Assembly: GCA_965116335.1 (NCBI GenBank)
Contig: OZ220677.1
Location: forward strand, 409,629 to 473,628
DNA length: 64,000 nucleotides
From: Arenicellales bacterium
Lineage (GTDB): Bacteria; Pseudomonadota; Gammaproteobacteria; Arenicellales; Poriferihabitantaceae
Direction of reading: 5' to 3'
Part shown: positions 42,174 to 53,539 of the stretch, one piece after another
Position numbering within the stretch: position 1 is the first letter of the stretch
Layout of the letters: the number at the start of each line of letters is the position of its first letter
Translations under genes and position numbers: made by a program
Notes under the pieces: generated by a model
What the model saw: the letters and a program-made list of their open reading frames with translations, nothing else
Databases searched by the model: none
Told to the model about the DNA's origin: nothing

Positions 42174-45100
42174 AATACGGAGACCTGATCCAATTCGACC
42201 CGATTGAATCAGTCGTTCAGTTACGTGATGCCAACCGACCGGATTCTGCCCGTAATCTGGTCAACACCTATGTCATCTCCGATGAAATGGCAAACCGTCT
42301 CACGCAACTGGTCATTCCACAGCTACAGTTCGACCAGCCAGTCGACAACAAGGGATTGCTGATCGTCGGTAACTATGGCACCGGCAAATCGCATTTCATG
42401 TCGGTGGTTTCCAGTCTTGCCGCCGATTCCTCCCTGCGAGAATCATTGAATCATGCCGCTGTCCGTGAGGCAGCCGATCAGATTGCCGGACGATTCAAGG
42501 TCATCCGTACCGAGATCGGTTCTACCACCATGTCCCTGCGCGATATTCTGGTTGCCGAACTGGAAGAACATCTGGCTGAGATTGGTGTGGAATATGTGTT
42601 TCCTGAAACAGACACCATTCCCAACCACAAAGTAGCCTTTGAAGACATGATGGCAAAATTCGCGGAGGTTTTTCCTGATCAGGGTCTTTTGCTGGTGGTT
42701 GATGAATTGCTGGACTACTTGCGTACCCGCAAGGATCAGGAACTCATTCTTGATCTTAACTTTCTGCGTGAAACTGGAGAAATTTGCAAGGATTTACGTT
42801 TCCGCTTCATGGCCGGCGTGCAAGAGGCCATTTTTGACAGCCCGCGCTTCTCTTTTGTCTCTGATAGTATCCGCCGTGTGAAAGACCGTTTCGAGCAGAT
42901 TCTGATCGCCCGCGACGATGTCAAGTTCGTGGTATCTGAACGCCTGCTCAAGAAGACCGTCGAGCAGAAAGACCATATCCGTGGTTACCTGAATCCCTTT
43001 GCCGAATATTATGGTAGCCTCAACGAAAAAATGGAGGAATTCGTTCAACTCTTTCCGGTGCATCCCGACTACATTGATACATTCGAGCGGGTGACTGTGG
43101 TAGAGAAGCGCGAGGTGTTAAAAACCCTTTCTACCAGCATGAAGAGGATTCTGGATCAGGATGTCCCCCGGGACAGACCCGGGTTAATCGCTTTCGATAG
43201 CTACTGGGATACGCTCAGGAAAAATGCCGCTTTCCGCGCTATCCCCGACATCAAGGACGTTATGGATTGCAGTCAGGTTCTGGAGTCCCGTGTCGAAAAT
43301 GCCATATCGAGAGAGCAGTACAAACCGATGGCGCTGCGCCTGATTCATGCCCTGTCTGTTCATCGCCTCACCACAGGTGACATCCATACTCCGGTCGGGG
43401 CCACCGCCGAAGAATTGCGCGACCGCCTCTGCCTCTTTGAACCCCAGATCGCCGAGATGGGTGGTAACGAACTGGATAAAGACCTCCATACCCATGTAGA
43501 AACCGTTTTACGCGAGATTCACAAGACAGTCAGCGGTCAGTTCATCTCGACCAATACCGACAACGGCCAGTATTATCTTGACCTGAAAAAGACCGATGAT
43601 TTCGATGCCCTGATTGACAAACGGGCCGAGAGCCTGGGCGATGATCAGCTGGATCGTTACTATTACGAGGCGCTCAAGCGAGTGATGGAATGTCAGGACA
43701 CGACCTGGGTGACTGGCTACAAGATATGGCAACATGAACTGGTCTGGAAAGAGCGCAACGCCGCTCGCTCAGGCTACCTCTTTTTCGGAGCGCCCAATGA
43801 ACGCTCCACGGCTGTTCCACAGCGGGACTTCTACCTCTACTTCATCCAACCGAACGATCCGCCGTATTTCAAGGACAACAAGAACAGCGACGAAGTCTTC
43901 TTTCGATTGAAAGGCATCGACGAGGAATTCCAGAGTGCACTGAAGAGCTATGCGGCCGCCCAGGACCTGGTCATTACTTCATCCGGTCACGCCAAAAAGA
44001 TCTATACGGAGAAGGCAAATGATCACCTCAGGAAGCTGGTTCACTGGCTGCAAAGGCACATGAGCGATGGCTTCGAGGTTACCTGGCAGGGCCGTACCCG
44101 ATCCATGACTGAATGGGCCAAAGGAAAATCCATCCGCGACCTGTCTGGCCTGTCGCCCCATGAGACCATCAATTTCCGCGATCTGGTCAACACCATCGCC
44201 GGTATCTGTCTGGCGCCGAATTTCGAAAATCAGGCGCCCGGATACCCGTCTTTCTCTGTGTTGATCACCAGTGGTAATCGCACGCAGGCGGCGCAGGATT
44301 GCTTGCGCGCCATCGCTGGACAGAACCGCACCAGACAAGCCACGGCAACACTGGACGCTCTGCAACTGCTGGATGGCGAGAGAATCGAACCCTCTGGATC
44401 AAAATACGCCCGATTCATCCTCGATGCGATCCATGCGAAGGGGCACAATCAGGTAGTGAATCGGAACGAAATTATTCAGGGAACCCACGGCCTGGAGTAT
44501 ATGAATCCAGGGGATGCTCAACTGGAGCCTGAATGGGTAGTGGTAACCCTGGCCGCGCTGGTTTACTCGGGAGATATTGTGCTCGCAATTCCGGGTAACA
44601 AGTTCGATGCCACCGGGCTACAGAAACTGTCGGCTACCGGCATGGATGAACTGATCCGTTTCAAGCATCTGGAACGGCCCAAAGACTATGATCTGCCCGC
44701 GCTCAAGGCACTGTTTGAGTTGCTTGACATACCCCCTGGCACGGTGCAACTGATCACCCAGAACAAGGATGAGCCGATTCAGGCCATGCAAGACGCTGTA
44801 GGCAAGATGGTCCAGCGTATCGTCACATCCCAGCAAACCCTTCGAGAAGGCATTTCATTCTGGGGAGCACAATTAGACAACCCGGTCGCGATTCACAGAC
44901 CTTCTGACCCGAATCTGGAAAACGCGAAAGAGTTTTTTGAATCACTCCAGGTCTACTCAACTCCCGGCAAACTTAAAAACTTCCGCTACAGCGCTGCGGA
45001 GGTCATTGCCCATGAATCAGCAGTGAAAGCCCTCAACGAACTGGATACCCTGCGCGAATTCATAAGGACGCATAGCCAGACAGCTTCCTGGCTCTCCACC

Positions 45101-45925
45101 GCCGAAGCGATGTTGCCCGTCGAGCATAACTGGGTGGACCGTGTGCAGACCGCTCAACAGGATATCCTGGATACACTCAAAAAGCGCTCACAAGCCGGTC
45201 TCGCCACACAATCCCGAAATGTCGGGAACAGACTCCAGAAACTCAAGCAGGATTACATAATCGCCTACAGCAGTCTGCATACTCAGGCTCGCCTGGGTGT
45301 GAACGCCGACAAGCACAAAGGAAAGTTGCTCCAGGACCCTCGCTTGCGAATCCTGATTAAACTGGCGGATATCGACCTGATGCCCCGCCAGCAGATCACT
45401 GACTACCAGACCCGACTGACCAATCTGAAAAGCTGTTTTGCCCTGACTGGTAAGGATCTGGATTTATCACCCATCTGCCCGCATTGTAATTTTCGTCCAT
45501 CGGTCGAAACTGCCGCCTCGGTATCTGGCTCGCAGAGGGTTGCACAACTGGATGACCAGTTGGATACCATGGTGAAGACCTGGACCTCCACTATCATGAG
45601 TAATCTGGAGGATCAGGCGACAAAGGCCAACATGGAACTGCTGAAGGTTGACGCCCGCAAGCTGCTTGAGGCTTTCATTCAATCGCGTGAACTGCCGACT
45701 CCGCTGGGCAGCCACTTCGTCCCGGCAGTGAAGCAAGCGCTCTCCGGCCTGGTCAAGATCAACATCCAGCCAGCGGAATTACAGGATGCCCTGAAAGCCA
45801 GCGATGGCCCGGCAACTCCACAAGAGATAAAGGAACGCTTTGAATCATTCATTGATCAACGCACAAAAGGCAAAGACCCTGCCAGGGTGCGTATCCTTCT
45901 GGAGGAACGTAGTGACAAGGGATGA
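42170..45925 (+). CDS. brxC: BREX-3 large ATPase BrxC/PglY (DUF6079-like)
   Basis: [18 protein letters not shown], Walker [10 protein letters not shown], Walker [13 protein letters not shown]-terminal CPHC; ~1250 aa. Confidence 0.85.
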   Translation: MKYGDLIQFDPIESVVQLRDANRPDSARNLVNTYVISDEMANRLTQLVIPQLQFDQPVDNKGLLIVGNYGTGKSHFMSVVSSLAADSSLRESLNHAAVREAADQIAGRFKVIRTEIGSTTMSLRDILVAELEEHLAEIGVEYVFPETDTIPNHKVAFEDMMAKFAEVFPDQGLLLVVDELLDYLRTRKDQELILDLNFLRETGEICKDLRFRFMAGVQEAIFDSPRFSFVSDSIRRVKDRFEQILIARDDVKFVVSERLLKKTVEQKDHIRGYLNPFAEYYGSLNEKMEEFVQLFPVHPDYIDTFERVTVVEKREVLKTLSTSMKRILDQDVPRDRPGLIAFDSYWDTLRKNAAFRAIPDIKDVMDCSQVLESRVENAISREQYKPMALRLIHALSVHRLTTGDIHTPVGATAEELRDRLCLFEPQIAEMGGNELDKDLHTHVETVLREIHKTVSGQFISTNTDNGQYYLDLKKTDDFDALIDKRAESLGDDQLDRYYYEALKRVMECQDTTWVTGYKIWQHELVWKERNAARSGYLFFGAPNERSTAVPQRDFYLYFIQPNDPPYFKDNKNSDEVFFRLKGIDEEFQSALKSYAAAQDLVITSSGHAKKIYTEKANDHLRKLVHWLQRHMSDGFEVTWQGRTRSMTEWAKGKSIRDLSGLSPHETINFRDLVNTIAGICLAPNFENQAPGYPSFSVLITSGNRTQAAQDCLRAIAGQNRTRQATATLDALQLLDGERIEPSGSKYARFILDAIHAKGHNQVVNRNEIIQGTHGLEYMNPGDAQLEPEWVVVTLAALVYSGDIVLAIPGNKFDATGLQKLSATGMDELIRFKHLERPKDYDLPALKALFELLDIPPGTVQLITQNKDEPIQAMQDAVGKMVQRIVTSQQTLREGISFWGAQLDNPVAIHRPSDPNLENAKEFFESLQVYSTPGKLKNFRYSAAEVIAHESAVKALNELDTLREFIRTHSQTASWLSTAEAMLPVEHNWVDRVQTAQQDILDTLKKRSQAGLATQSRNVGNRLQKLKQDYIIAYSSLHTQARLGVNADKHKGKLLQDPRLRILIKLADIDLMPRQQITDYQTRLTNLKSCFALTGKDLDLSPICPHCNFRPSVETAASVSGSQRVAQLDDQLDTMVKTWTSTIMSNLEDQATKANMELLKVDARKLLEAFIQSRELPTPLGSHFVPAVKQALSGLVKINIQPAELQDALKASDGPATPQEIKERFESFIDQRTKGKDPARVRILLEERSDKG

Positions 45926-47669
45926 ATTATTAATCCGTCTTAAAGGTTATGAATGGACAGACTTCGAGTGCAAAAAGGCGCGACGTGTTGTCCCCAAAGA
46001 TGCCTATTCAACCGTCAGTGCCTTTGCCAATACACAAGGCGGCTGGTTGCTGCTTGGCGTTTCCGAAATTGGTGGACAACTTGAAGTGACCGGAGTCGAT
46101 CCTGAAGCATTCGATCGTGTACAGAATGATTTTCTTTCAGCTCTAAGGGGCGGCCAAAAGTTAAATCAGATGATTAGCGTTGAAGCAAATGTCTATGAAG
46201 TCGATGGCAGCAGGGTGATGGCTTTTCATATCCCCGAGTCTCCCAGGCATCAGAAGCCGGTTTACCTGAAAAATGACCCGCGCGAAACCTATGTGCGGCG
46301 CGCTGCCAGTGATGAACGGGTGACAGATGCCGAACTGCAACGGTTTTTACGTGATAGTTCAATGCGCCCCTGGGATTCTGAAGTCGTCACTCAGATTGAT
46401 GTCACTCGATGTTTCGATGATGAAACGGTTCGTTGGTATCGTGATCAATTTTATCGCAGAGAACCAGAGCAAAGTCGTATTAATAGCACAGTCGACTTCC
46501 TTCGGGAGTGGAACTTTATTGTTGAGCAAGATGATCGGTTGCTACCAATGCGAGCCGCAATTCTGCTTTTTGGTACAGACCACGCGGTGCGCCAGTTATT
46601 GCCACGCCCCGTGTTGGATTATCAAAGGATTGATACCCAATTCGAGAATTGGTCCAGCAATAAGCGCTGGCACGACCGTTTGGTCTTTGAAGAGAATATT
46701 TTCAAGACGTGGCGCTGCCTGGTCAGCAAGTACATGCGCTTAGCTGAGCATCCGTTCTCACTCGATCCCGCAACCCTGCGCCGAAACGACGATCCACCCG
46801 ATTATGTTTCTTTCAGAGAAGCGGCCATCAATCTGCTCATGCATCAGGACTATGGAGACGCCTTCCGGAAAGCCACCATTAAATTTTTCACCGACAGGAC
46901 TATTTTCTGGAACCCGGGGGATGCGTTTTATACGAAATCCGAGCTACTTGACCCCAGTGAGAAAGAAGTCCGCAACCCATCCATCGTCAAGGCATTTCGC
47001 CGCATTGGTATGAGTGACCAGGCCGGTTCCGGCATCCGGGCCATTTTTCTAAACTGGCGCGATCTGGGGCATGTGCCTCCAGAAATTAATAATGACAGGT
47101 CCAGAAAGTCATTTGAAATAGTGCTTGTCAAACAGGCACTGATTACTGAAAAGCAAATGAGCTTTTTACAAACCGTTGGCGTGAAGCTGACTGCAGAAGA
47201 AGCCGATGCCCTCGCCTTTGCGGCTGAACACGGCGTGATAAATCTTACCGAAATCCGAGGATTGGCGAATGTACCAACATCGAAGGCCAAGAAGTTGACT
47301 GATGCTTTAGTCGAACAACACCTGCTGGAAGCCATTTCCGATACACACTTCCAGCTTGCTCCAGCCATGATGGCACGTTACAGCCGTGATCAGTTGATCG
47401 AGGACACTGTCGGCGCTACCCCCGAAGTCACCCCCGAAGTCACCCCCGAAGTACGAAGAATGGTGTCAGTGCTCGTTGGCGACATGAGCAGAGCCGAAAT
47501 AATGGCCGCTTTGGGGCTGAAAGACGAAAAGCACTTCCGGGAACATTATCAGCATAACGCGATCAGCGCAGGGCTCATCGAAATGACCATTCCAGAAAAA
47601 CCCACAAGTAGCAAACAAAAATACCGATTGACCGGGGACGGAAAACATATTCTGGATATAAACAAATGA
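45912..47669 (+). CDS. AlbA_2/Schlafen-like domain + HATPase-like domain + winged HTH protein
   Basis: [10 protein letters not shown]...[45 protein letters not shown] repeats, C-terminal [16 protein letters not shown]; GTG start behind GGAGG. Confidence 0.8.
   Translation: MTRDELLIRLKGYEWTDFECKKARRVVPKDAYSTVSAFANTQGGWLLLGVSEIGGQLEVTGVDPEAFDRVQNDFLSALRGGQKLNQMISVEANVYEVDGSRVMAFHIPESPRHQKPVYLKNDPRETYVRRAASDERVTDAELQRFLRDSSMRPWDSEVVTQIDVTRCFDDETVRWYRDQFYRREPEQSRINSTVDFLREWNFIVEQDDRLLPMRAAILLFGTDHAVRQLLPRPVLDYQRIDTQFENWSSNKRWHDRLVFEENIFKTWRCLVSKYMRLAEHPFSLDPATLRRNDDPPDYVSFREAAINLLMHQDYGDAFRKATIKFFTDRTIFWNPGDAFYTKSELLDPSEKEVRNPSIVKAFRRIGMSDQAGSGIRAIFLNWRDLGHVPPEINNDRSRKSFEIVLVKQALITEKQMSFLQTVGVKLTAEEADALAFAAEHGVINLTEIRGLANVPTSKAKKLTDALVEQHLLEAISDTHFQLAPAMMARYSRDQLIEDTVGATPEVTPEVTPEVRRMVSVLVGDMSRAEIMAALGLKDEKHFREHYQHNAISAGLIEMTIPEKPTSSKQKYRLTGDGKHILDINK
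47418..47452 (+). repeat. 12-bp coding tandem repeat (ACCCCCGAAGTC x3, TPEV)
   Basis: Directly visible in the sequence. Confidence 0.9.
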
Positions 47670-50488
47670 GCGATTATCAGGAAGCCCTGGAGTCTGAATC
47701 GGAAGAACACGGCCAGGTCAGAGATGAACCGGTGACTTGTCTGGGCATGACTTTCGAGAACGACGAAGCCCGCCGCGCCTGGTTCACCGAGGAGTTAGCC
47801 AGGAAACTGCAAGAACCAGAGTTTCGCAAGATCGAAGGTTTCCCTATTGGCGAGGACGAGGACATCCTGAATTTAAGCGACCCTCCCTACTACACCGCCT
47901 GCCCAAACCCCTGGCTCGGTGATTTTATCGCCGAATGGGAGACACAGAAGCCCACGCAACCCGAAGGCTATCATTACCACCGGGAACCTTTTGCGGCGGA
48001 TGTGAGCGAGGGCAAGAACGACCCGATCTACAACGCGCATTCCTACCATACCAAGGTCCCGCACAAAGCCATCATGCGCTATATCCTGCATTACACGGAA
48101 CCGGGCGATATCGTGTTTGACGGCTTCTGCGGAACCGGCATGACCGGAGTGGCGGCGCAGATGTGCGGCGATAAAAGTGCGGTTATCTCGCTCGGCTATC
48201 AGGTGAAGCCGGACGGCACTATTTTGCAGCAAGGTGCTGATGAGAACAGCAAAAATGTTTGGATCCCTTTTTCGAAAATCGGTGCTCGCCATACGGTACT
48301 AAATGACTTGTCTCCCGCAGCTACTTTTATTGCACACAACTACAATAGACCGATTGATAGGTTTGAATTTGAGAAGACCGCAAAAAGAATCGTCAGGGAA
48401 GTAAAAGACGAATGCGGATGGATGTTTGAAACACTCCATACAGATGGGAATACGATTGGCGAGGTGAAGTTAACCCTTTGGAGTGATGTCCTAGTATGTC
48501 CGGAGTGCACACATGAATTTGTTTTTTGGGACGTTGCGGCGGACCCTGAAAGTGGATCCCTAAAAGAACCATTTGAATGCCCTTCGTGTGCCGCCTCTGT
48601 GACCAAAAAGAAGTGCGACAAGGCTGTAGAAACAGATTATGACCCTGCGATCAGTAAGACAATTTCTCAGAGAAAACAGAAGCCTGTAAGAGTTATCTAT
48701 ACGGTCGGCGGGAAGAGGCACGAAAAAGATGTAACACAAAATGATTTGGACATCATATCAAAATCCCAATTAGCAACCTCTAAATCCTGGTTTCCTGCAA
48801 GTAGAATGATGGAAGGCGGGGAAACTCGTAGAAATGATGCCGACGGCATCACTCACGCTCATCATTTTTACACGAAGCGGAACTTGATTGAACTATCATT
48901 GTTTAGAGAAAAAGTTTTTCAACATAAATCAAAATTACCAGCTCTCGGGCTTTGGTTTACTTCATCTCACCCATGGGTGACGAGACTGAGTAGGCTACTG
49001 ATTTCAAATTACTTCAAAAAAAAAGGGGGCGTTGTAGCCCCTACACTCCAAGGCACCCTTTATGTTAGCTCGATGTATGCTGAAACTAATGCCGCTGATC
49101 GTTTTGAGCTCCGCATTAACTCCTGTCCATATACAGGATTCGGCGGCGATGTTGCCGTCCTAACGTCCTCTACGTCTGACACTAAAATTCCTGACAACAG
49201 TATTGACTACCTGTTTCTTGACCCACCATTCGGCGCAAACATTGCTTATTCGGAACTGAACTATCTCTGGGAATCATGGCTCCGCGTTACAACAGCTGTT
49301 GACGCAGAAGCAATAGAAAACAGACCTCACAATAAGTCACTAACTGATTACCTGCACTTGATTCAGAAGTGTTTCACGGAATGCTATCGTGTGCTTAAAC
49401 CAGGTAGGTGGATCACTGTAGAATTTTCTAATACCAGAGCTTCTGTATGGAACGCCATACAAACAGCCATTGGTGACGCTGGCTTTGTGGTGGCCAACGT
49501 TTCCATACTCGAAAAGTCACATAAAGGTTTTCGAGCGGTCACGACATCCACTGCCGTCAAAGAGGATTTAGCAATTTCCGCCTACAAACCAAATGACGGC
49601 TTTGAAGAACGGTTCCAGAAAGAAGCGAAAACCGCAGAAGGTGCTTGGGACTTTGTCCGTAACCACTTGAAATACCTACCCGTCACCAAACACCAGGGCA
49701 CACGGATGCAATTTGTTCAGGAGCGCGACCCGCGTATCCTGTTCGACCAGATGGTGGCCTGGTACGTCCGCAAGGACTTTCTGGTGCCGGTTTCCAGTCA
49801 GGAATTTCAGGCTGGATTGCCGCAACGCTTCATCGAAAGAGACGGGATGTATTTCCTGCCCGATCAGGTGGCAGAATACGACCGTAAGAAGATGATCTCC
49901 GGCGAGTTGTTGCAAACCTCCCTGTTCGTTTCCGACGAGGCATCGGCGATTCAATGGCTTCGCCAGATTATCAAGGAAAAACCCCAAACCTTCTCCGACA
50001 TCAATCCGCAGTTCATGCAGCAGTTGGGCGGTTGGAGCAAGAACGAGGTCCAGCTTGACCTGCGCGAGTTGCTGAATCAGAACTTCCTCTGTTACAACGG
50101 CAAGGAGCCGGTGCCGGAACAGATTCACGCTTACCTCTCAACCAACTGGAAGGAATTGCGTAATCTGCCGAAGGACGCTCCGGCGCTGGTTGCCAAAGCC
50201 CGTGACCGCTGGTATGTGCCCGATCCCAACAAGGCAGGCGACCTGGAGAAACTGCGTGAGAAATCCCTGCTCAAGGAATTCGAGGAATACAAGAAATCCG
50301 AAAAGAGGCTCAAAATCTTCCGCCTGGAGGCCGTCCGCGCCGGGTTCAAGAAAGCCTGGCAGGAAGGCGACTATGCCGTAATCACCACCATGGCCGACAA
50401 GATTCCCAATAAAATCCTGGAAGAAGACCCGAAATTACTCATGTGGTACGATCAGGCAGTAACACGGATGGGAGAGAACAACACATGA
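47666..50488 (+). CDS. pglXI: BREX-3 amino-DNA methyltransferase PglXI
   Basis: SDPPYYTACPNPW, HSYHTKVPHKAIM, motif I DGFCGTGMTG, catalytic LDPPF, CPEC/CPSC zinc motif, WYVPDPNK. Confidence 0.85.
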   Translation: MSDYQEALESESEEHGQVRDEPVTCLGMTFENDEARRAWFTEELARKLQEPEFRKIEGFPIGEDEDILNLSDPPYYTACPNPWLGDFIAEWETQKPTQPEGYHYHREPFAADVSEGKNDPIYNAHSYHTKVPHKAIMRYILHYTEPGDIVFDGFCGTGMTGVAAQMCGDKSAVISLGYQVKPDGTILQQGADENSKNVWIPFSKIGARHTVLNDLSPAATFIAHNYNRPIDRFEFEKTAKRIVREVKDECGWMFETLHTDGNTIGEVKLTLWSDVLVCPECTHEFVFWDVAADPESGSLKEPFECPSCAASVTKKKCDKAVETDYDPAISKTISQRKQKPVRVIYTVGGKRHEKDVTQNDLDIISKSQLATSKSWFPASRMMEGGETRRNDADGITHAHHFYTKRNLIELSLFREKVFQHKSKLPALGLWFTSSHPWVTRLSRLLISNYFKKKGGVVAPTLQGTLYVSSMYAETNAADRFELRINSCPYTGFGGDVAVLTSSTSDTKIPDNSIDYLFLDPPFGANIAYSELNYLWESWLRVTTAVDAEAIENRPHNKSLTDYLHLIQKCFTECYRVLKPGRWITVEFSNTRASVWNAIQTAIGDAGFVVANVSILEKSHKGFRAVTTSTAVKEDLAISAYKPNDGFEERFQKEAKTAEGAWDFVRNHLKYLPVTKHQGTRMQFVQERDPRILFDQMVAWYVRKDFLVPVSSQEFQAGLPQRFIERDGMYFLPDQVAEYDRKKMISGELLQTSLFVSDEASAIQWLRQIIKEKPQTFSDINPQFMQQLGGWSKNEVQLDLRELLNQNFLCYNGKEPVPEQIHAYLSTNWKELRNLPKDAPALVAKARDRWYVPDPNKAGDLEKLREKSLLKEFEEYKKSEKRLKIFRLEAVRAGFKKAWQEGDYAVITTMADKIPNKILEEDPKLLMWYDQAVTRMGENNT

Positions 50489-52401
50489 TTACCAAGTGGA
50501 AGGTTTTTAACTTCAAATCAATTCGGGGAGAAACCGAACTGGATTTCGGGCCACTGACAATCTTCGCTGGCGCGAATAGTAGCGGTAAAAGCACATTCAT
50601 TCAGTCAATTTTACTCGTTGCACAGACCCTGGCGCATAAAGTCGGATCGCGATCTGTCGTTTTGAACGGGGCACTCACCAGCCTTGGCGAGTTTGACGAC
50701 CTGAAATCCAACGATAGTGAGTCCGATCAAATCACCATCAAATGCACCTGCCGACCACTGCCTGATCAGGATTCAGGACTTCCGAGTCAGTCGCACCGTA
50801 CATACCGCAGCCCGATCTACTACAGGCCACTCTTTGACCAGTTTGAAGAAATTGCCTGTGAAATTTCTTTTGACGCGAACCCATCCGGCTCGCAACGAGA
50901 CCTGTCCCAGATACGCCCACACCTTTTCGCTACCTCGTTGTCCTGCGTATCCAGAGATGAGGATGATGAGGATAATGTGGATCAACAGGCTGATATTGAA
51001 ATTCGGCAATCGAACAAAACAATAGCTGAAATTTCCGACGTGGACGAAATTGAGGGTAAGTTTCGAGATGGCCTGGGCTACGATGTCGCCCTCGATGAGA
51101 ACTCAATGGCCGAAGTGAAAGAAAAATACCGATCCGCGAAACCTGTCGGTTGTATGTTCCGGCACTTTCTTCCGGATCGGATCATTTGTTCCATAGACAC
51201 TATACAGGAGGATGCAAACACAATTTCTCAAGTGCTCCAAAGTGACCGTCGGTTGCCTGTCTTAAGGCGCATGCGTAAAAGACATCTCCTGCTTTCTGAA
51301 CAGATCATTACGGTTTTGCGTGAAATCCTGGATGGAGTGCTTGATTTCGATGAGGTATTCGAAAACAAGCCTCAAAAAGCATCCCCACTTGATCCTGATT
51401 CACAGGCTATTTCACTTGAAACCTGGAATGATGGAATGCGGAGATTACCCCGCAATGAGCGTATGAAGGTTCATCAGGTATTGGGCGAGTGCGATGATCT
51501 TTTTGACCGTATTTATCAGGCTATAAAAGAACCAGATTCAGAGGAACCTCGCACGCGCCCAATCGACACGCTCCGCTTGCCGCCTCTAATCTCTGGAGCC
51601 ACTCGATATCTGGATGATTTCTTCTCGTCATCACTCAAATATCTTGGCCCATTGCGGGATGCTCCGAAACCTTTATATCCGATTGCACCGACAGCCGACC
51701 CGGATGATGTTGGCCTGCGAGGTGAAAATACAGCATCTATCCTTGAGTTGCACAAATTCAATCAGATCAAGTACATTCCTTCAGAAAATTTCAATTCGTC
51801 TGTTATCAATCGTACAACAGTTACAAGAACAGTAGAGACTGCTGTAGTTGATTGGCTTCAATACCTCGGAGTAGCCAGCTCGGTAAAGAGTCGGGACCAG
51901 GGGAAGCTCGGACACGAGTTGAAGGTGGGTCTCTCCGACTCGGATAGCACACATGACCTGACACATGTCGGTGTCGGTGTCAGTCAGGTCCTTCCCATTC
52001 TGGTGATATGTCTGTTGGCAGATACTGATTCAACCCTGGTATTTGAACAGCCGGAACTGCATCTTCATCCAAAGGTCCAAACCCTGCTCGGAGATTTCTT
52101 TCTATCAATGGCTCTGTGTAATAAACAGTGCATTGTTGAAACCCACAGCGAGTATCTTATCGACCGCCTCAGATTCAGGATTGCCGCGAATCCTGGAAAC
52201 GAATTAAACAGCATGAGCAAAATTTACTTTGTCGAGAAGACATCCCGGGGATCAGCGTTCCGGGAGGTGCAGATCAATGAATATGGCGCGATTTCCGACT
52301 GGCCGGAGGGATTCTTTGATCAATCTCAACAGCAGGCAGAAGAAATTTTGCGCGCTGCGACCAAAAAGAGAAAGGCGGGCCGGGAGAAATTGGATGCATA
52401 A
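50485..52401 (+). CDS. ABC-type (AAA_21-like) ATPase with DUF3696-like C-terminus
   Basis: NFKS, Walker A GANSSGKS, YLGPLR, signature VGVGVSQVLP, Walker B FEQPELHLHP, H-loop VETHSEY, WPEGFFDQ; ATGA overlap with pglXI. Confidence 0.85.
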   Translation: MITKWKVFNFKSIRGETELDFGPLTIFAGANSSGKSTFIQSILLVAQTLAHKVGSRSVVLNGALTSLGEFDDLKSNDSESDQITIKCTCRPLPDQDSGLPSQSHRTYRSPIYYRPLFDQFEEIACEISFDANPSGSQRDLSQIRPHLFATSLSCVSRDEDDEDNVDQQADIEIRQSNKTIAEISDVDEIEGKFRDGLGYDVALDENSMAEVKEKYRSAKPVGCMFRHFLPDRIICSIDTIQEDANTISQVLQSDRRLPVLRRMRKRHLLLSEQIITVLREILDGVLDFDEVFENKPQKASPLDPDSQAISLETWNDGMRRLPRNERMKVHQVLGECDDLFDRIYQAIKEPDSEEPRTRPIDTLRLPPLISGATRYLDDFFSSSLKYLGPLRDAPKPLYPIAPTADPDDVGLRGENTASILELHKFNQIKYIPSENFNSSVINRTTVTRTVETAVVDWLQYLGVASSVKSRDQGKLGHELKVGLSDSDSTHDLTHVGVGVSQVLPILVICLLADTDSTLVFEQPELHLHPKVQTLLGDFFLSMALCNKQCIVETHSEYLIDRLRFRIAANPGNELNSMSKIYFVEKTSRGSAFREVQINEYGAISDWPEGFFDQSQQQAEEILRAATKKRKAGREKLDA

Positions 52402-53443
52402 CCTGTCCAGCGTCACAATTGATGCAGGCGTTCTTGTAGTCCCGTATATTAACTGCACCAGAGATGACGCTTATCAATATGTAGCCACGCTGCTAGACTG
52501 GAAACAACTACTTAACGAACCATGGGTCGCTATTCACATGAGCGAAAGGGCATCGGATGCTCTTATTGCTGATGATCTTTATCCTTTAAGAGATCAACTC
52601 AAGGGACTTTTCAGTGCACATGGGATTGTGGAATATGATGTGAACACGGTCGCAAGAATTGCAGATCAACTACTGTCGATCACTCCGTCATTCGAGACTT
52701 ACTACCGGGTCAAAGATGTTTTGTCAGACAACCTCCAGACAGAGCCGGATGTAATTCGTTTAACAACCCACGCTGGACTACAGTCTGACTTGGCGCGTTG
52801 CGTTACACTGATTGCGGTCCTGCGGAAACATTGTTCCCAACCTCTCGCGGGACACTCATTCATACTGAAGGAAGCGTCCAGGCAGACTATTATGGTCAAA
52901 GCTCAGATTCATGCCCTTGAACACGAAAGAACTGACATCCCGGAACTGCCGTGCCCGCCTGAATATTTTGAAGGCGATGTAATGGCATGTGACAATTTTC
53001 GAGGGCTCATCGAGTGTCTTGATGAAGCGGCAATCCTTGTCGGAGCTTCAGACAACCAGGGCATTGAGCTTTCGATTCGTATTTCCCTGTTCAAGTACAG
53101 CATTGCCCAGAGTGAGGAACCAGACTGGTCGAATGTCCTGAACTTTAGGGTTGGGGCTAAATTTCGTGAGTTATGCCAACAATGTTGCACCGACCAGGGT
53201 GACTCCTTGCCTCCCAAAATACTCCGGTCAATCACGGAAACAATCAAAGGTCAGAATCTACCGGATGTCCATGTTCTCAGAACAAGCTCTGGAGGCAATG
53301 CCGTTCAACGGTTGCGTGGAGATGACAAGGCGCAGCGTCGTGACATAGATCGAGAATTCCACCTCCATTATTGGGAATGCTCGGACGGGACTACCGAATT
53401 GGCATCTGTGGTTTATCATGATGATTTTTCAATCCCGGAATGA
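52394..53443 (+). CDS. Hypothetical protein (349 aa), translationally coupled to the ATPase
   Basis: ATG 52394 overlaps the ATPase stop; C-terminus ...HVLRTSSGG...AQRRDIDREFHLHYW...ELASVVYHDDF is loosely RelE-like. Confidence 0.75.
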   Translation: MHNLSSVTIDAGVLVVPYINCTRDDAYQYVATLLDWKQLLNEPWVAIHMSERASDALIADDLYPLRDQLKGLFSAHGIVEYDVNTVARIADQLLSITPSFETYYRVKDVLSDNLQTEPDVIRLTTHAGLQSDLARCVTLIAVLRKHCSQPLAGHSFILKEASRQTIMVKAQIHALEHERTDIPELPCPPEYFEGDVMACDNFRGLIECLDEAAILVGASDNQGIELSIRISLFKYSIAQSEEPDWSNVLNFRVGAKFRELCQQCCTDQGDSLPPKILRSITETIKGQNLPDVHVLRTSSGGNAVQRLRGDDKAQRRDIDREFHLHYWECSDGTTELASVVYHDDFSIPE

Positions 53444-53539
53444 TGTCGATCAACCTGTAATCGCAGCGCAGGCCAAGGGTGAAAGGTGGAGTGCTGCCTG
53501 CATGGCAACACAGATAGCCGAGGTACTTGGGGCGACTCA

